A DNA stretch of 52,545 nucleotides from Rickettsiaceae bacterium 4572_127 (GCA_002084505.1 NBLK01000002.1:1-52545); one strand, 5' to 3'; positions 26,102 through 34,698 are shown, counted from the stretch's first letter. A program made the numbers and translations. The notes: generated by a model from the sequence alone, not told the origin.

Positions 26102-26700
26102 CAGACTCAATTTGCTAAATCTTTTTACCTCGCCCCTTGCGGGAGAGGTCGAGCGAAGCTCGGGTGAGGGGTATAAAAAAATGGCTCTGTTCCATCAGCT
26201 TTTCAAAAGAAAACCTTGTAAGCGACATATTGTGGAATATAGCCAAAAAAATGTCATTCCTGCGAAGGCAAGAATCTCACAATACAGAATTTTTCTTACT
26301 TTCTTGCTTATCACCCTCCCCTTGTGGGAGGGTTAATAACAGCTTTAGCTGTTTTGGGGAGGGGTAAAAATTACATTTCCATAAAATTTCAACCTCAAAA
26401 TCAAAAAAAACACCCCTCACCCTGTCCCTCTCCCGCAAGGGGAGAGGCGACGAAACACTTAATGCTTTCTTCTTTTTCTCACTGGTTTTTATGTTTTGGT
26501 TTTTTGTAGAAAATTTTTACTAACTATAAACCTAGTTTTATAGCCGTTGTTTAGTTTTAGGGGTTAGTGAGGTAATTTACCCCTCCCCAAAATATCTGAC
26601 GATATTTTGACCCTCCCACAAGGGGAGGGTGATAAGTAAGAAAAGAAAGCAAGAAAGAAAAGATTCTATTCGGTTAAATTCCCACCTTCGCAGGAATGAC
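26102..26700. repeat. 600-bp mirrored composite of repeat modules (C, A, B, D, E, B', A')
   Basis: C 26102-26174. A 26253-26278. B 26308-26370. D 26411-26513. E 26524-26545. Reverse B 26577-26637. Reverse A 26675-26700. The three ORFs called here (26112, 26137, 26324) are artefacts. Confidence 0.85.
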
Positions 26701-26728
26701 AGACTTAATAATTCAATTCGGTGGGGGA

Positions 26729-27520
26729 TTATTTTTTAAGTTTTGGAAGAATGATCTCATTTTTAATATCCAGCAAATCTTGTTTATTTACAACAAAAAT
26801 TACTGCAAAAACACTCGCTAAAATCATAAGCGGAACATAACTAAGCAAAAGAGACAGCCAAACAATTTGAAGAGCAAAAGCTATATCACTAGCTTTTCTA
26901 TAAATCTCTTTTTGTCTTTCAGTCTTAATTAAAACAACTCTATAATAAAACATCATTACGGCAGTTCCTAAACCTAGTAAAAAAATAGCAATTGGCGATT
27001 CTGTCGTTATAAATAAAACTACAATACTTAGAATCAAAAACTTCAATCCGTAAAAAACATGACAAGGCATTAGAATTTTCAACTTAAATATCTTTCTAGC
27101 GGGAAACGACCCAACAACCGCAATCACGCTATGAAAAGCCAATAGACAGAAAATAATTTTTTCAAAATAAGTTAGCCCACCTGCCTCAGGCAACAGATAA
27201 TAAGAAGGCATTTCAATTATCATCATAGCAATTAAAAATAAACAGAATGAAATAATCCCTTTTACAGCTCTAATAGAAAAAATACCGGGGCGAATAATTG
27301 AAATATATCCTCCTAAAATCATAGCAACACCTACTGTAATCACAGTCGCCATCTGAACATTTTCTAGCCAAAATGCCCCTACAATTCCAACTGCAAACAA
27401 GACTGAGCTTAAAGTAAGTTGTAGTTTTTTTGTTAATTTTATTAAATCTAAATTAAGACTTGTGTATAAAAACCCCAAAATCCCAATTGTCATTAAAGCA
27501 TAAAAAATCATTCCTAACAT
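26729..27520 (-). CDS. polytopic membrane protein, unknown function
   Basis: 263 aa with about 8 hydrophobic segments. TAATG coupling with the upstream 96-aa ORF. Confidence 0.55.
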   Translation of the reverse strand: MLGMIFYALMTIGILGFLYTSLNLDLIKLTKKLQLTLSSVLFAVGIVGAFWLENVQMATVITVGVAMILGGYISIIRPGIFSIRAVKGIISFCLFLIAMMIIEMPSYYLLPEAGGLTYFEKIIFCLLAFHSVIAVVGSFPARKIFKLKILMPCHVFYGLKFLILSIVVLFITTESPIAIFLLGLGTAVMMFYYRVVLIKTERQKEIYRKASDIAFALQIVWLSLLLSYVPLMILASVFAVIFVVNKQDLLDIKNEIILPKLKK

Positions 27521-27810
27521 TATTTATCTCCATTTTTTTTGAATAACAAAACGATTCTTCCTGTTGAAAAAAAGAATAGTAAAAATAAAATTGCCTTTGC
27601 TACCAAGCTGGTAAATAAGTTTTCTCCGTTAAAGAAAGTCCCTAAACTTAAAGATGCTACTAGAACTAATAATGTTAGCTCTATTAAAGTCTCTTTGTTT
27701 TTTTCTAAAATCTTCTTATAAAAAAAACACCCGAATACAAATGCACAAATCGCAAAAATTGTTAGAAATAAATTATGCGTTATCGCCGAATATAAAATTT
27801 CTTCTTCCAT
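27520..27810 (-). CDS. small membrane protein, unknown function
   Basis: 96 aa with 3 hydrophobic segments. First gene of a two-gene unit. Confidence 0.5.
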   Translation of the reverse strand: MEEEILYSAITHNLFLTIFAICAFVFGCFFYKKILEKNKETLIELTLLVLVASLSLGTFFNGENLFTSLVAKAILFLLFFFSTGRIVLLFKKNGDK

Positions 27811-27856
27811 TTTTTTTCCTCTTCATTTTTTAATAAAAATAATATACAATCCATAT

Positions 27857-28416
27857 ATGGAAAAAACAAGAACTTATTCGCTGGGAAATGGTCACCTTAA
27901 TTTCTATGATGCAAAACCGAAAATCCGCCCTGCTTTGGATTCTTTTTTACTTAGTAATTTATTGCCGAAAAATTTCAAAGGCTCTCTTTTAGAAGTTGGT
28001 TGTGGTATGGGGATTCCTGCTATTCTAATTGCCTGGAAAATCAAATAAATTTCAAGAACATCTCGATTGAGGATATAAAAAAAGACTTTGATGCTGTGAT
28101 TACTAATCCACCTTTTCATAAAGAAAGTTCTCCAAATTTAGAAAAAAACATTGCGCATCATGAACAAATTCCTCTTCAAAAATGGATTGAACTTTGTCTA
28201 AAACGAGTGCGAAACAATGGTTTTTTTGGAATAGTTATTCCAACTGCACGACTAACAGAAACATTGATTCAGCTGGAAAAAAACAACATGGGGAAAATTA
28301 TTATAACAACTTTTAGAGAAACAAAAAAACGAATTACTATCACCGCAATTAAAGATAATAAAACTCCACTGGAAATTATAAACCTGTCTCATAGCGATTA
28401 CCTCGCCCCAAAATAG
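27857..28416 (+). pseudogene. frameshifted SAM-dependent N6-adenine-type methyltransferase (TrmN6/YfiC-like)
   Basis: Motif I LLEVGCGMGIPAILIA lies in ORF 27857-28048, which ends at TAA. Motif IV VITNPPFH continues in another frame (ORF 28000-28416). The motif I to IV spacing of about 36 codons looks too short, suggesting an internal deletion as well. Confidence 0.65.
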
Positions 28417-28667
28417 CTTTGTTATTTTGGGGAGGGGTAAAATCACATTTCCATAAAACCCTAACCTCAAAATCAAAAAAGATACCCCTCACCCTGTCCC
28501 TCTCCCGCAAGGGGAGAGGCGACGAAACACTTGATGCTTTTTTCTTTTTCTCACTGGTTTTTATGTTTTGGTTTTTTGTAGAAAACTTAAAACAATTTTT
28601 CTGCTAACTACAAACCTAGTTTTATAGCCGTTGTTTAGTTTTAGGGACTGGGGGAGGTAAAAAAATC
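28406..28667 (+). repeat. cluster of repeat modules (partial B, D, E, B tail); direct repeat of 26345-26565
   Basis: ccccaaaatagctttgttattttggggaggggtaaaa at 28406-28442. D at 28484-28590. E at 28608-28629. gggggaggtaaaaaaatc at 28650-28667. Collinear by eye with 26345-26565, with few differences. ORF 28419-28607 is an artefact. Confidence 0.85.
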
Positions 28668-28673
28668 ATTAAA

Positions 28674-29846
28674 TCAAATATAATTCTTTATTACATCCAA
28701 AGCCTTTGCTACTAAATTTTTTGTCTCCGCTTCGCTTTCAGGAGTTGTTTTTCTTATGCCTTGTTTTGTTAAAATTAGCCCATAAATAGCCGTTGAAATT
28801 ATATTTTCTCTATATGTTTTCTCTCGAAAAATCGTAACAGTTTTATTGATAAATATATTATTAACTAACTCCCTCACATACGGAATTTTAGCCCCTTGTC
28901 CTGTTAAAACAATTTCGTTTATTTCAAAAGATTTATTTTTAGAATTTATATAAACTCGAATCATTTCAAAAATTTCTTTTGTTCGACTATATGTAATCTC
29001 AGTTAATTTTAGCAATGGCTTTGTTTCAGAATTTACCTCTATATGTTTCAAATGATCCGTAGATAAAACCCAAGCCCTGCCGTGATTTTCTTTTAGTTTT
29101 TTCGCTTCTTCAAAATCTACATTAAGAATTTTTTGAATATCAGTTGTAATTAAATTAGCCCCTAAAAACAATGTCTCCAAAAGCATAGGCGAGCGATTTT
29201 TCCATAAAGCTAATTGCGTATATTTCTCCCCAAAATCAATTAAAATCACGCCTTCTTTTTTTTGTCTCACACTTAGTGGAAAGTTAGAAACTGCAATTTG
29301 CTGAGATATTATATTTTCCAGCTTTAAGTTTGCTCGCTTAAAATATCTTTCGTAATCTTCGTAATCTTTTTTTTGCATTGAAACTAAATGGAAAAATACC
29401 TTTATTTCGCTAGCAAACATCCCTTCTGGATTTTCCGTGATTCGCCCGTCTATTTCATATCTAATTGAAAAGATATGTAGAATTTTTTTTTCAGACGAGA
29501 GCTTTATGCTAGCTATAATTTCTTCAATATGTGTTTTTGTAATTGTTGTTTCTGAGTCAAACTTTTTCTCTACCATTTTCCACTCAGACAATGTTTTTAG
29601 CCCACTAATTGAAACTGTAATTGCTTCTATTGGTTTTTTTAGAAGATGATCAAATTCATCTTTAATTTCCAGAATAGTTTTTACAAAAATCTCAGCATTT
29701 GAAACTGTCCCTCTATCAAAACAATCCGCAGATTTAGAAATAAATTTCGTCGGCACAAAACCCTTGCTAGTTCTATCTACATTGATAGCAGTAATTCTTG
29801 AAGCCCCAAGTTCGATAAAAGTGTAATTATTCTCCATCTTCTTCAT
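28674..29846 (-). CDS. ftsA: cell division protein FtsA (divergent)
   Basis: Actin-fold/SHS2 pattern: FIELGASRITA, ENPEGMFASEIKVFFHLVS, ILIDFGEKYTQLAL, GANLITTDIQKIL...EAKKLKENHG, IVLTGQGAKIPYVRELV. Start taken at ATG 29846 (MKKMENNY); 29837 is also possible. Confidence 0.75.
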   Translation of the reverse strand: MKKMENNYTFIELGASRITAINVDRTSKGFVPTKFISKSADCFDRGTVSNAEIFVKTILEIKDEFDHLLKKPIEAITVSISGLKTLSEWKMVEKKFDSETTITKTHIEEIIASIKLSSEKKILHIFSIRYEIDGRITENPEGMFASEIKVFFHLVSMQKKDYEDYERYFKRANLKLENIISQQIAVSNFPLSVRQKKEGVILIDFGEKYTQLALWKNRSPMLLETLFLGANLITTDIQKILNVDFEEAKKLKENHGRAWVLSTDHLKHIEVNSETKPLLKLTEITYSRTKEIFEMIRVYINSKNKSFEINEIVLTGQGAKIPYVRELVNNIFINKTVTIFREKTYRENIISTAIYGLILTKQGIRKTTPESEAETKNLVAKALDVIKNYI

Positions 29847-30705
29847 TTTGAATTTCCTCTTCCGCCTCAATCAACCTAGCAACGATTTTTAGCACTTGAA
29901 CAAACTCAATGTTTTTTAAAGATAAAAATGGAGTGATTTTTATAGGATTTTTTACAGAGCTTATTTTTCCAATTAATATATTATCTGGAAAAATATTCCC
30001 AAAATTTGAAGCAATAACAATCTCGTCTTTTTCTACTGCTACTTTATCTTCTGGATAAATTAAAATAGATTCATTTTCATTATCCCCAGTTAGAAAAAAT
30101 CTATGACGAGTTTTTGCCGTTACGACTGGGATTTTTATATTTGAATCTGTAATTAGCAAAACTCTAGATTTGTTTTCATAGACTTTTATAATCTGTCCTA
30201 ACAAATAACCATTAGCTAGAACTGGGCTGTCTTTTTTTATTCCCTGTTCTTTTCCAGCATTTATTAGTATTGATTTTGAAAAAGAAGAGGTGTTATCCAG
30301 CGAAATTTTAGCCGTGATAAATTCCTGTGAAATATCCTTAGCAAAAAATAATTGTTTTTTTAGAGCTTTATTGTTTTCATAAATTTTATGAGCTTTTAGA
30401 TTTTGCAATTCCAATTCTTCTATTTCTTTTTTTAACTTAAAGTTATCTTCGTGAACAGAATAAATTTCCTTTACAAAAACAATTTGATTTTTAATCCATT
30501 TTACAGGAGCAAAAGAAACCGAAGATACGCTTTCATAAATTACAATTGAACCTTCCGATATGTTGTCCGCTATTTTATTTCTTAGGGCTTTTTGTCCGCC
30601 TAAAAAACTTATAGCGAAAATAAAGAACATTAAAGCAATCCCCCATATCACTTTTTTATGAAATCTCTTTTTTTTTAACACCGAAGCTTTTTTTGAATTG
30701 AACAC
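29827..30705 (-). CDS. mreC: rod shape-determining protein MreC
   Basis: TM anchor, coiled coil (LKKEIEELELQNLKAHKIYENNKALKKQL), then a beta-barrel region (INAGKEQGIKKDSPVL..GYLLGQIIKVYENKSRVLLITD, IVIASNFGNIFPDNILIGKI). Confidence 0.75.
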   Translation of the reverse strand: MFNSKKASVLKKKRFHKKVIWGIALMFFIFAISFLGGQKALRNKIADNISEGSIVIYESVSSVSFAPVKWIKNQIVFVKEIYSVHEDNFKLKKEIEELELQNLKAHKIYENNKALKKQLFFAKDISQEFITAKISLDNTSSFSKSILINAGKEQGIKKDSPVLANGYLLGQIIKVYENKSRVLLITDSNIKIPVVTAKTRHRFFLTGDNENESILIYPEDKVAVEKDEIVIASNFGNIFPDNILIGKISSVKNPIKITPFLSLKNIEFVQVLKIVARLIEAEEEIQNEEDGE

Positions 30706-30751
30706 TAAATTTCCTGTATTAATCTCGGTGAGATTCTTTTCTTCCTGTGTT

Positions 30752-32557
30752 TTATCTGTTATTACTATCTCTTATATATTTGTTTGCTTGTCTTTTTAGC
30801 TCCCTCAAACATCCATTCATATCCGTTTTTTTACTTAAATCTTTACTTGTCTCACAATATGCTTCAACTGGATATGATGAATTAAAGTACAGGTCTTCAA
30901 CTTTTTTAACATAACTAGAAACATCGGTTTTATCTCTAATCTTATTTAAGTATTCTTGAGCTTTGTTAGAAACACAAGTATCTAAGGCTCCTGCTGTAAA
31001 TCCTTGGCATGCATTTTCACCATTATCTGTTCTCTTTAACTCAATTCCTGAGTATAAATTACTAATATCGTCTAAAACAATTCTATTCATTTCATGTAGA
31101 ATTTTTAGATTTTTCATAGACGAATATACTGTATTTTTAATGTCGTCTAAATTTGTATCTGTATTCTTAAAATTATATGTTTTGGGAGCCGTAAAATCCA
31201 TAAAATTATTTATATCTAGGCGACTTACCGCAGAGCCAACTTTACTAATTCCATTATTTATAGATCCGAGTTTTTTTTGTAGCATCAATAGATAATCCCC
31301 GTCTTTTTGGTCTTTTCTAGCCTTTTTATATAATTTATTTGCACATGATCTAACATTTTTCAATTCCTTCAAAGCAACATTTCCTTTGTATCGAAGGCTT
31401 TTTAATCTAGGTGGTTTTTCAGAACATGAATCTATGTGATTCTCCACCCAAAGAGCTTTATATCGCCAAACTTGGTCTTTTTTACAAGTATTATCTGGAA
31501 CAGCAGCGTCGTCCCAACCCACTCCATCATGACTATCTTTACATTGTTTTGTAGTCTTCTTGTCAGGGACACAACATTGCAATCTAGCTTCTGTGGTATC
31601 GGTTGTTTCAGGCTGTGTGTTATCCTTATTGTAGTAAATAATATTACCAGCCTTATTTCTATCTTTCTCATGAATCGTCATCATTCCACCACCGTTAAAG
31701 TGATTACCTCCTCCAACATCTCCCCAATCCAGCGAATCAAATCCGCCTATGCTTTCGTCCTCTTCTTCAACATCTCCAATATCAGGAGAGCACTTAGCGT
31801 AATAAGTTGCATCTTCCATTTTAGTTTCTGCTGTTTTTAATAAATTTTCACATTCGGTTAGCTCATCCCAAGTATCTAGTTCTTTAACTTCTGGCTCTGC
31901 AGGTTGAGCGTTCTTTTCTGCCTCTGCCTGTGCTAATGCCTGTTGTTGCTGAGCCAACATAGCTTCTTGTTGAGCTAGTTGCTGAGCTTGAGCATCTAAT
32001 TGAGCTTGCATTTGAGGAGAAACCTGATTTTGTATAATTGTTTGAGGTGCTTGTGGTGCCGGAGCAGATATTCCTGTCGCTTCTGTTAAAATTTGAGAAA
32101 CTACACTTTGAAACAATCTTGGTGAACACGAATAAGGATAATATTTACCTGATTGTTCTAAGCATGAAACAGCTATCTCTTTAACTCTCTGCTCGTTTTC
32201 ACATTGTGATCTAGGTTGGCATATTTTATCTAAACAGGAATAAACTTTATCTTGGCATTGTGTTGAGTTCGGTCCAAGAGCCTTAAAACACTGTGGCATT
32301 AGATCTTGGCATTTTGGATCTTTAAATTTTCTTTTCTTAGCATTATAAGACCGCGAACATTCATCAAAATATCTTCCGCATAAAACCGTTAATTCACTTC
32401 TAGAAAAAGTAGATTTTCCTTGTGCTTGGGTGAGCCTTGTCCCCACTCCACGATTACCAGCACCTGATCTTTTAGTTCCTGCAAATGCACTAAATGAAAG
32501 CCCTATAATTAAAAAGGGTAAGATAATTCCAAATAATAATAATTTTCTATTTTTCAT
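30752..32557 (-). CDS. secreted Cys-rich protein with a central Q/A-rich coiled region, unknown function
   Basis: 601 aa with a signal peptide (LSFSAFAG). 22 Cys by my count, clustered at the N-terminus and mid-protein (including CC). Low-complexity APAPQAPQ...QAQLDAQAQQLAQQEAMLAQQQQALAQAEAE, then an acidic/Gly-rich stretch. No family recognised. Confidence 0.6.
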   Translation of the reverse strand: MKNRKLLLFGIILPFLIIGLSFSAFAGTKRSGAGNRGVGTRLTQAQGKSTFSRSELTVLCGRYFDECSRSYNAKKRKFKDPKCQDLMPQCFKALGPNSTQCQDKVYSCLDKICQPRSQCENEQRVKEIAVSCLEQSGKYYPYSCSPRLFQSVVSQILTEATGISAPAPQAPQTIIQNQVSPQMQAQLDAQAQQLAQQEAMLAQQQQALAQAEAEKNAQPAEPEVKELDTWDELTECENLLKTAETKMEDATYYAKCSPDIGDVEEEDESIGGFDSLDWGDVGGGNHFNGGGMMTIHEKDRNKAGNIIYYNKDNTQPETTDTTEARLQCCVPDKKTTKQCKDSHDGVGWDDAAVPDNTCKKDQVWRYKALWVENHIDSCSEKPPRLKSLRYKGNVALKELKNVRSCANKLYKKARKDQKDGDYLLMLQKKLGSINNGISKVGSAVSRLDINNFMDFTAPKTYNFKNTDTNLDDIKNTVYSSMKNLKILHEMNRIVLDDISNLYSGIELKRTDNGENACQGFTAGALDTCVSNKAQEYLNKIRDKTDVSSYVKKVEDLYFNSSYPVEAYCETSKDLSKKTDMNGCLRELKRQANKYIRDSNNR

Positions 32558-32666
32558 TCCTTTTGTAGTATATCATAAAAATCAGTAGAAAAAAAGAATT
32601 ATTTGACTTAAAATATTCTTTTTGATACTCTTAAAAAACTTTACAAAAGATAAAAAGGAAAAAATT

Positions 32667-33557
32667 ATGACCAATTTACAATTTATAGTCCTACTTAGTG
32701 GAAAATCTACTCGTAATTACCCTCATTCAAAGGGATTACCACATAAAGCACTACTGCCTCTTGGTGATTTTCACTGCATAGATTTTATCATGAAAGATAT
32801 TTACAATGCTGGCGGGAGAAATATAACTTTTGTTGTTCCTAATGACGAAGTAAAAAAATGCTTTGAGCAGTGTTTTGTTCGCGAGCCTGAAATCGAAGAA
32901 AAATTCAAAAAGAAAAACGATCAAACAAAACTAGATTTATTAAACTCTGTATATTTGCCTGACGATATTAACTTAAATTTTGTTATACAAAAAGAACCAC
33001 TTGGAACAGGACATGCCGTAGCCATTGCATCAAATCCAAACGAACCCGTAGCTATGATTCTTCCTGACGATGTAATAATTTCAACAGAAAAAAAACATCC
33101 ATACACAAGAGCAGTTGAAGAATTTCACAAAACTAACAGTGGAAATGTTATTATAGGAAGACCTGTTAAAAATCCTTCACGATGGGGAATTATTGAAGAT
33201 GGATTTTATATTGAAAAACCAAAGGAAAGCAAGTCTAATTTATCTGGAATCTCAATGTTTATTTTTGATAAAAAAACAGTTGAAAACCTAAAAACAGCCA
33301 CAGAAAAAATGTCTAATGGTGAAACCCAAGACGGAATGTATGGAACTGAACTTGCTTGGGCTAATGCAATCAATGTTGAAGCAAAAAAAGAAGAAACTCA
33401 AAAAATCCGCCCTATTCCATTTCAAAAAAATGATGTTTATTTAGACTGTGGAACTATCGAGGGATATGAAAAATCCCTTCTTTATACACTTCTAAATAAT
33501 TCAAAATTTAAAGAAGAAAATAAAAAGTTTATGAAAAAGGTGTTGAATGAAAACTGA
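32667..33557 (+). CDS. nucleotidyltransferase, UTP--glucose-1-phosphate uridylyltransferase (GalU)-like, paralog 1
   Basis: Start moved to ATG 32667 (MTNLQF). NTP_transferase pattern: LLSGKSTRNYPHSKGLPHKALLPL (in place of GxGTRxLPxTK), QKEPLGTGHAV, ILPDDVI, RWGII, YLDCGTIEGY. Confidence 0.6.
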   Translation: MTNLQFIVLLSGKSTRNYPHSKGLPHKALLPLGDFHCIDFIMKDIYNAGGRNITFVVPNDEVKKCFEQCFVREPEIEEKFKKKNDQTKLDLLNSVYLPDDINLNFVIQKEPLGTGHAVAIASNPNEPVAMILPDDVIISTEKKHPYTRAVEEFHKTNSGNVIIGRPVKNPSRWGIIEDGFYIEKPKESKSNLSGISMFIFDKKTVENLKTATEKMSNGETQDGMYGTELAWANAINVEAKKEETQKIRPIPFQKNDVYLDCGTIEGYEKSLLYTLLNNSKFKEENKKFMKKVLNEN

Positions 33558-34416
33558 TTTACAATTTATAGTTTTATTGGGAGGAAAATCTAGTCGTAAT
33601 TATCCTCATTCAAAAGGTTTGCCTCATAAAGCACTCCTTCCACTTGGAGACTTTAAGGTTATAAATTATATCATATCTAACATCTACAATGCAGGCGGAA
33701 GAATTATAACTTTTGTAATAGCTAACGATTCTTATAAAAAACATTTTGAAAACTGCTTTGTTCAAGAGCCTAAAATTGAAGAAAAGTTTCGTAAAAAAAA
33801 TAATCTACAAAAAGTAAATTTGCTAAAAAAAACTTATCTGCCTAATGATTTGAAAATAAATTTTATTGTTCAAAAAACTCCATTAGGTATTGGACATGCT
33901 GTTGCCATTTCAGCAGAACAAAATAAAAATGTTTATGTTGTTTTTCCTGATGATATTATTCTTTCTGAAAAAACCCACCCTTTTACTCGCGCTGTTGAAG
34001 AATATGAGAAAACAAAATCAGGCAACATAGTTATTACAAGAGAAGTAGAAGATCCTTCTCGTTGGGGAATTATTGAAAAAGGTATTTATGTTGAAAAACC
34101 CAAAACAAGCACATCAAATGAAGCAGTTATTTCGTCTTTAATTTTAGATAAATCTGTTGTTGAAATTTATAAAAAACAAGCAAAAAGGCTGGAAAAAACT
34201 GAAAATCGCCATGATATCTTAAATCAAGTTGATGCCATAAATCAAACAGCTAAACAAAATCCTAAAATGAAAATTAGAACCGTTCCTTGTTTGTCGTCTG
34301 ATACTTATTTAGACTGTGGAACAATTGAAGGATATGAAAAAGCATTAATTTATACATTGTTAAAAGATTCTGTTTTTTCACAAAACAATAAAGAGCTTAT
34401 GAATAACTTTTTTTAA
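33547..34416 (+). CDS. nucleotidyltransferase, GalU-like, paralog 2
   Basis: Collinear with paralog 1 (LLGGKSSRNYPHSKGLPHKALLPLGDF, QKTPLGIGHAV, FPDDII, RWGII, YLDCGTIEGYEKAL). Overlaps paralog 1 by 11 nt. Confidence 0.6.
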   Translation: MKTDLQFIVLLGGKSSRNYPHSKGLPHKALLPLGDFKVINYIISNIYNAGGRIITFVIANDSYKKHFENCFVQEPKIEEKFRKKNNLQKVNLLKKTYLPNDLKINFIVQKTPLGIGHAVAISAEQNKNVYVVFPDDIILSEKTHPFTRAVEEYEKTKSGNIVITREVEDPSRWGIIEKGIYVEKPKTSTSNEAVISSLILDKSVVEIYKKQAKRLEKTENRHDILNQVDAINQTAKQNPKMKIRTVPCLSSDTYLDCGTIEGYEKALIYTLLKDSVFSQNNKELMNNFF

Positions 34417-34423
34417 TTTCACT

Positions 34424-34653
34424 CTTTTCACACAATTACAATAATAACAATAATTTTTTCACAAGCTATATTTTTTAATAACTTTTTTTTCACAATAACA
34501 AAAAATTCTTGAATTTCTTTCTTAATTTGGTAAAAATATAATTCAATGCAAAAAAGACTGGAAAAACTATCTGTTTTACCTTTTTGCACTGTGAATAAAA
34601 TGTGAAGAACCGTTGAATAGTTGTGAATAAGGTGGTAATTCCCCCTATTCACA
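34424..34653. promoter_or_regulatory. phased cluster of DnaA-box-like sites (candidate oriC-type or DnaA-regulated region)
   Basis: TTTTTCACA at 34455 and 34486 and TGTGAATAA at 34590 and 34622 fit the relaxed box TTWTNCACA. 8/9 matches occur at 34424, 34601 and 34645. The left trio is spaced exactly 31 bp apart. The right trio is spaced 11 and 21 bp apart. The spacer between the two trios is AT-rich. Confidence 0.3.
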
Positions 34654-34698
34654 GTATAATAAATAATAACAATAAAAACATTATATTATAGGAACTTT

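Noticed and set aside
26102-28667. Possible CRISPR array, suggested by the many short GC-rich repeats.
   Set aside because: The repeats belong to several different families. They occur in both orientations, are themselves palindromic, and have irregular spacing without unique spacers of constant length. No cas genes are present.
34428-34652. 74-aa minus-strand ORF in the galU-like/PBP5-like intergenic region.
   Set aside because: It has a low-complexity Ile/Val tail and no SD, and it coincides with the DnaA-box-like repeats. It is more plausibly non-coding.
34622-34653. CRP-type site TGTGA...TCACA.
   Set aside because: The half-sites are 22 nt apart instead of 6, so this is not a CRP/FNR geometry.
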